DNA from: Macrostomum lignano
Taxonomy: Eukaryota
Reading direction: 5' to 3'
Assembly: GCA_002269645.1 (NCBI GenBank)
Contig: NIVC01000704.1
Coordinates: 1-14,186, forward strand
Length of the DNA: 14,186 nt
Shown here: piece after piece, positions 9,858 through 14,186 of the stretch
Layout: each line of letters starts with the position of its first letter
Position numbering within the stretch: position 1 is the first letter of the stretch
Program-made: the position numbers and the translations under genes
Notes under the pieces: generated by a model
What the model was told of the DNA's origin: nothing
The model's database searches: none
Seen by the model: the letters and a program-made list of their open reading frames with translations, nothing else

Positions 9858-11016
9858 AGTTACGCCCCACGCCAGCCACGGGAGTGGCCAAGAGGGGGGA
9901 GCGTCAAATCGCGCGTTTCAGAGCCAGGTCTCTAATGTGCTTCACACCGGCCGTCTGGCTGGGTGCTCGCGCATCTTCAAAAAGGCGGTCGACGTAGCGG
10001 GCTGATCGTCCCTGACCACGCCTGCGCGGTCCCTGCGGGGTCCACAGCAGGACGTCCTGCAGCGGCTCTCGGCAGTAGGCTTCGGCCCGGATGACATGTC
10101 CGGCAAGCCGCAGGCGCCGCTGACTCAGCAGGGCAGAAGGCCGCGTCAGGCCTGTGCGTTTGTACAGGGACTCGGTTGTCTCGCTGCCAGGGCCGCGGCG
10201 GGCGCCGAAAGCGGCGCGGACTAGGGCCGCATGCGCCGCGTCGAGCTGCGCCTCAAGCGCCCCGGTCAGCATCCAGGTCTCAGCATTGTACAGCAGGGCG
10301 GTCTCAACAACCGCCTGGAACAGCTGGGACCTGGCGCCGTCGGACAGGGCCTCGGAGAGCAGCACCGCCCGCACAGATCGGAAGGCAGCCCAGGCCTTGC
10401 CGCGCCGTCTCGCTAGGTCGTCACCGACGTCCGGCACCAGTCCGCCGAGGTAGACGAACTGAAGGCACTTCGGGAGCGCCGTCCCGGGGCCGTCGCCGTC
10501 TCGAAGTCGAATCTCGGCAGGTAGATCATGCGGCACCGTCAGCACCTCGGTCTTCCTGGCGTTGATGACGAGACCGACCCTCGCCGCCGCCTCAGTCAGG
10601 CTGTCCAGCAGCCATTGGGCGCCTTCGGCCGTGGAAGACAGCAGGGCGAGGTCGTCCGCGTAGCCAAGGACAGACAGTTTCTTCTCCGGGTGCCGTCTAC
10701 TGGTGCGCCTTTGCAGCAGAAAGCCGTCCTCTGATGTCGGCAGGCCGGTCCTGAGCACCCAGTCCATCACCAGCACGAAGAGAAAGGGCGCCAGAGTGTC
10801 ACCCTGTAGCACTCCGGAGGTCGTGCTAAACAGGTCCGACGGTCCGTCTGGCGTCGCTACCGCGGCGGTGGTGTCCTGATACAGCGCCATGATGGCGGAG
10901 ATCAGCTGCTGCAGTACGTTGTAGGCACGGAGCACGTGAGGCAGCGCGCCGCGCGCCACCGAGTCGAAGGCCTTGAGGAAGTCAACAAAGATGACAATAA
11001 GGCTTGACTGGAAGGA
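9835..11016 (-). mobile_element. 5'-truncated RTE-like non-LTR retrotransposon, young insertion
   Basis: Exact 13-bp TSD agaatttgtaata at 9822-9834 and 11017-11029, an (ATT)n tail, a short 3' UTR and an uninterrupted RT frame. Confidence 0.95.
9904..11016 (-). CDS. Reverse transcriptase, C-terminal 370 codons (no start codon, truncated)
   Basis: The frame is open 19 codons upstream of the listed ORF. Motifs: FVDFLKAFDSV, GVLQGDTLAPFLF, YADDLALL, LVINARKTEVL, FVYLGG, GKAWAAF, LLYNAETW, RRLRLAGHVIR. Confidence 0.93.
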   Translation of the reverse strand, partial: SFQSSLIVIFVDFLKAFDSVARGALPHVLRAYNVLQQLISAIMALYQDTTAAVATPDGPSDLFSTTSGVLQGDTLAPFLFVLVMDWVLRTGLPTSEDGFLLQRRTSRRHPEKKLSVLGYADDLALLSSTAEGAQWLLDSLTEAAARVGLVINARKTEVLTVPHDLPAEIRLRDGDGPGTALPKCLQFVYLGGLVPDVGDDLARRRGKAWAAFRSVRAVLLSEALSDGARSQLFQAVVETALLYNAETWMLTGALEAQLDAAHAALVRAAFGARRGPGSETTESLYKRTGLTRPSALLSQRRLRLAGHVIRAEAYCREPLQDVLLWTPQGPRRRGQGRSARYVDRLFEDARAPSQTAGVKHIRDLALKRAI

Positions 11017-12014
11017 AGAATTTGTAATAGGAAGCTGGCCATCATTATTTACATGTTACTGTATAAATATTGCCAGTGTTATTTAACTTAGGCCTATTTA
11101 TAAAATAACTGAAATAATATAGAAATAATATGACTATTCAATATTTGTCCTTATATTTTTTATTTTCAAAAAAAAGTTTAAACTAAGTCAAAAGATAGAG
11201 TTTAGGTATAATTTTTGTGTTTATGGCTTAACATATTTTTATTAGCTCATACTCATACTATTAATAATGCAAAGTACAAAGAGCATTTCAAAAGAAACAA
11301 ACAAGAATACAACTCATTCAACTTCAAAAGGATATATTTGTGAACATATATAACTGGACCATAGCTATAAGTACTACACAGTATAAAACTTGTCTTTATT
11401 TTAGCTACCATATTAATAATGACAGTACTATTTACACAGTACTATGCAAATAACATATGCCTAGAAAGCTATTCAGCTACATTCTAGGGCCTATAATTAG
11501 CAAAGAATGTATGTTTAAGACTAGTAATTACATTTCATAAACGCCTAGTATATGAAAACTATATTATGAAAGATGTCTTTAAAACTTTTAAGATCATTGA
11601 CCTATCTGCATACACTAGCTTACTGTCTAATCTCTTTAATATGCAACTCTTTAGATTAAGTGCAAATGTACATCTTTGAGAATACTTGTATTTTTAACCT
11701 TTGTGCTATCTATCCTTCCCCTTATTTAAGACATTGACAATTTACTTTTCTCCTATGTTTCCAATATTACCATGGTAATAGCAAAACATCATATAAGATT
11801 ATCCTGGCTATTGTTTTTTTATTTTTCAACTAATATTAAAGCAAAAAAGCCTCCTAGAAAATTATTTAATTTAATAAATAAAACCTGGTGTATACTAAAA
11901 TCCTTCCATTAAATTTATAAAATTAAATTAAAATTCTAGAATTTATCTAGATTTTTATCTGTTCTATTTAAGCTCTCATACGAAAATTTCTTACCCATTT
12001 TCAGAACATACTCA

Positions 12015-12101
12015 ATGAATTCTCTCGAGGAATCTGCTGAGAACATAGATTGGTACAGTAGCAATATCAAGGCGTTTGACTTTGATGAAGGCTCCTCTAA
12101 G
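12015..12101 (+). CDS. VIPAS39: VIPAS39/VPS16B (SPE-39) homologue, first coding exon
   Basis: Acceptor ttttcag at 12004, ATG at 12015 and donor aag|gtttgt. MNSLEESAENIDWYSSNIKAFDFDEGSSK resembles the vertebrate N-terminus as I recall it (EEEYWNSSKFKAFTFDDED). Confidence 0.85.
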
Positions 12102-12174
12102 GTTTGTCTTATGTGACTCTATTCACTCATTCATTTTAGCAGTAAGTTTACTGGCTGTTTGTTTCTTGTTTTAG

Positions 12175-12241
12175 AATGGGGGTGTCACATTCTGGGATGA
12201 CCCAACTCAGGATAAAGTTGCCCAGATAGCAGCTAAAAAAG
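12175..12241 (+). CDS. VIPAS39: VIPAS39 homologue, coding exon 2 (phase 0 to 1)
   Basis: ttttag|aatggg...aaaaaag|gtaatt, encoding NGGVTFWDDPTQDKVAQIAAKK. Only this frame is stop-free. Confidence 0.72.
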
Positions 12242-12325
12242 GTAATTAACAAATGTTTGCTCATTGAACTTTTTTCTATAATTATTTTTATTGTTACTTA
12301 AATGAGTGGTCAAAAAACTTTTCAG

Positions 12326-12388
12326 GCCCAAGCATTCCAACTGCTCCAAAGTCGGTCATTGCTGACCAGCCTGCAATGAAATTGATCA
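12326..12388 (+). CDS. VIPAS39: VIPAS39 homologue, coding exon 3 (phase 1 to 1)
   Basis: ttttcag|gccca...atca|gtgagt, encoding GPSIPTAPKSVIADQPAMKLI. Phases are consistent with neighbours. Confidence 0.7.
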
Positions 12389-12511
12389 GTGAGTGAAGCC
12401 CTACCCGTAATCTGTGTTGCAAATAGCTTTAAACCAAATTCGTGTGCTTTAATTATTAATCCTATTATCGGCTAGCAGCATTATTCTTGCTCATATCTTT
12501 TCCATCCACAG

Positions 12512-12554
12512 AGTGTAGCGGCCCGTGCGGTTTAGAGCTGCGGCCAGACGACAG
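12512..12554 (+). CDS. VIPAS39: VIPAS39 homologue, predicted exon 4
   Basis: ccacag|agtgt...gacag|gtatta, encoding KCSGPCGLELRPDD. It may be continuous with the next exon if the 30-nt intron is not spliced. Confidence 0.55.
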
Positions 12555-12584
12555 GTATTACCATATGTACCTGCCCTACTGCAG

Positions 12585-12642
12585 GCACTGCCTTATCGAT
12601 GCCAAACAGCCAGAGAGATTGCCCGCTAAATTCAACACCACT
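12585..12642 (+). CDS. VIPAS39: VIPAS39 homologue, predicted exon 5
   Basis: ctgcag|gcact...ccact|gtgaga, encoding RHCLIDAKQPERLPAKFNTT and ending in phase 0. Confidence 0.55.
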
Positions 12643-12690
12643 GTGAGAATACTTTGCGTTGCGGTCTTGAACAGTTGTAGAAACCGATTG

Positions 12691-12985
12691 CCACTTCCAT
12701 CCCGCCTACCCGCTGCTTCCATCCCGCCTACCCGCCACTTCCATCCCGCCTACCCGCCACTTCCATCCCGCCTACCCGCCACTTCCATCTCGCCTACCCG
12801 CCGCTTCCATCCCGCCTACCCGCCGCTTCCATCCCGCCTACCCGCCGCTTCATCCCACCTACCCGCCGCTTCCATCCCACCTACCCGCCGCTTCCATCCC
12901 GCCTACCCGCCACTTCCATCCCGTCTACCCGCCACTTCCATCCCTCCTGCCATTCACAAAGCCCGCCAGTTCCATCCCGCCTACC
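12691..12985. repeat. Minisatellite C, about 13 copies of a 22-bp unit (ccacttccatcccgcctacccg), intronic
   Basis: Near-identical tandem copies, C-rich on +, with CpG largely retained. Confidence 0.97.
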
Positions 12986-13043
12986 TCTCACAGAGCCCGC
13001 CAATTGGCCCCCCGATTCACAGCTTCTCTAATGCATTTTTCAG

Positions 13044-13088
13044 ATCGATCGCGTCAATTTTATCTTACGACAAAAGCTTCGACATCAG
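13044..13088 (+). CDS. VIPAS39: VIPAS39 homologue, predicted exon 6 (45 nt, phase 0 to 0)
   Basis: tttttcag|atcgat...catcag|gtaggt, encoding IDRVNFILRQKLRHQ. It keeps frame with flanking exons. Confidence 0.6.
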
Positions 13089-13180
13089 GTAGGTGTCTTT
13101 GCAAATAGCTAGAAGGCGCTCTAAGTTAACTCCGTATTCGGCCTACTGTTAGTAGTCTCATTCGCACTTGGCATTTGCAG

Positions 13181-13675
13181 ACGGTGCTAACAGACTGGCT
13201 AGGCGACCCATTGTTCCGCAGCATGGAGGGCAAGCGGATTCTGCTCCAGCAGGCTGTCAAATTCTGCGACGGCGACGCCGTCATCGCCTCGCTGCTGTTC
13301 CTCCGGCGCAGCCTGAAGCCGACGGTGTTCAAAGAGGAGGCCTGCCGCAACCAGCTGCGCGGCCAGGCTGTGCTGCACTGGCTGGCCCACCTGCAACAGG
13401 CCGACGAGATCGAGGAGTACAAAGACTGCCTGCTGTCCTACGTGCCTGCCGCCACTGGCGAGCCGCCCGACATTGACGCCGTGGCCGCCATGAACTTGGA
13501 TCGGGCGCTGTCTAACAACTCCGACCCGGCCATGCGCGCCTCCGCCCTGCGCCGCTTCAAGGTTAGCGAGACTGGCGCCAGCCGGGGCCTCCTGGGCGCC
13601 GCGCAGACCTGCCTGGACCTGCTTGACAAACAGCTGGAATTGGATAAGCTTATCAATGAGGTCACGGCTGGCAGG
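13181..13675 (+). CDS. VIPAS39: VIPAS39 homologue, large exon (165 codons); gene continues off-window
   Basis: tttgcag|acggtg...ggcagg|gtgagt. FRSMEGKRILLQQAVKFCDGDAVIASLLFLRRSL matches recalled human [34 protein letters not shown], and LLDKQ matches LLERQ. Confidence 0.9.
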
Positions 13676-13700
13676 GTGAGTCTGACCTGCTAGGGAGTTT

Positions 13701-14090
13701 AAGATTTGTTTGTTGCGGGGTGAGATTTGTGTGTTTGATGATGAGATTTGATTATTGGCGCGTGAGATTTGTTTGTTGCGACGAGATTTGTGTGTTGCGG
13801 GGTGAGATTTGTTTGTTGCGGGACGAGATTTATGTGTTGCGGGGTGAGATTTGTTTGTTTCGGGTTGAGATTTGTTTGTTGCGGTGTGAGCTTTGTGTGT
13901 TGCGGGTGAGATTTGTGTGTTGTGGGGTGAGATTTGTGTTGCGGGTGAGATTTGTGTGTTGCGGGGTGAGATTTGTTTGTTGCGGTTGGTGTGAGATTTG
14001 TGTGTTAGATGATTAGATTTGATTATTGGCGCGTGAGGTTTGTTTGTTGAGGGTAAGATTGTGTGTGTTGCGGGGTGAGATTTGTGTGTT
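13701..14090. repeat. Minisatellite D, about 19 copies of a 21-bp unit (gagatttgtgtgttgcggggt), intronic
   Basis: Tandem gagatttg cores, GT-rich on +, starting 25 bp after the exon donor. Confidence 0.96.
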
Positions 14091-14186
14091 AAAAGATAAA
14101 ATTTTATTATTGTATGTGAGAGTTAAGACTCGTTCTTTGGATTGTGAGACTTGCTTTTGTGTGAGATTATGTACTATAGGATCCAG

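Noticed and set aside
10154-10734. Plus-strand and alternate-frame ORFs over the RTE
   Set aside because: These are shadow ORFs of GC-rich RT coding sequence.
12091-12139. GC-AG donor at 12091 that would put the CA micro-exon in frame
   Set aside because: AAG|GCTCCT lacks the strong consensus that GC donors normally need. Only RNA-seq could rescue it.
12487-13092. 201-aa Pro-rich ORF, plus ORF 13720-14016
   Set aside because: Both are mostly satellite translations. Only the start of the first overlaps predicted exons.

Overview
Eukaryotic (animal) genomic DNA, not prokaryotic. AT-rich introns, GC-rich exons, very short introns and intronic minisatellites resemble an invertebrate such as a free-living flatworm, but that is only an impression. 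The right end holds the first coding exons of a + strand VIPAS39/VPS16B (SPE-39) homologue (ATG 12015, continuing off-window). Upstream lie: a young 5'-truncated RTE LINE (9835-11016, -) with an exact 13-bp TSD; a decayed mariner (6928-8530) split by a nested hAT-type MITE (7702-8389); an internally deleted Tc1 (6462-6885); a CpG-retaining promoter-like island (about 5300-6110); an unclassified GC-rich 1.4-kb insertion (3872-5281); a possible Helitron-like element carrying a 23-bp satellite and a tRNA-like fragment; and three further minisatellites. The most unusual signals are domain-like C>T/G>A decay extending beyond CpG (CG>TA, CA>TA), ultra-short introns around a possible 2-nt micro-exon, and an intronic satellite whose monomer nearly matches a motif in the candidate promoter. 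All counts were made by hand.
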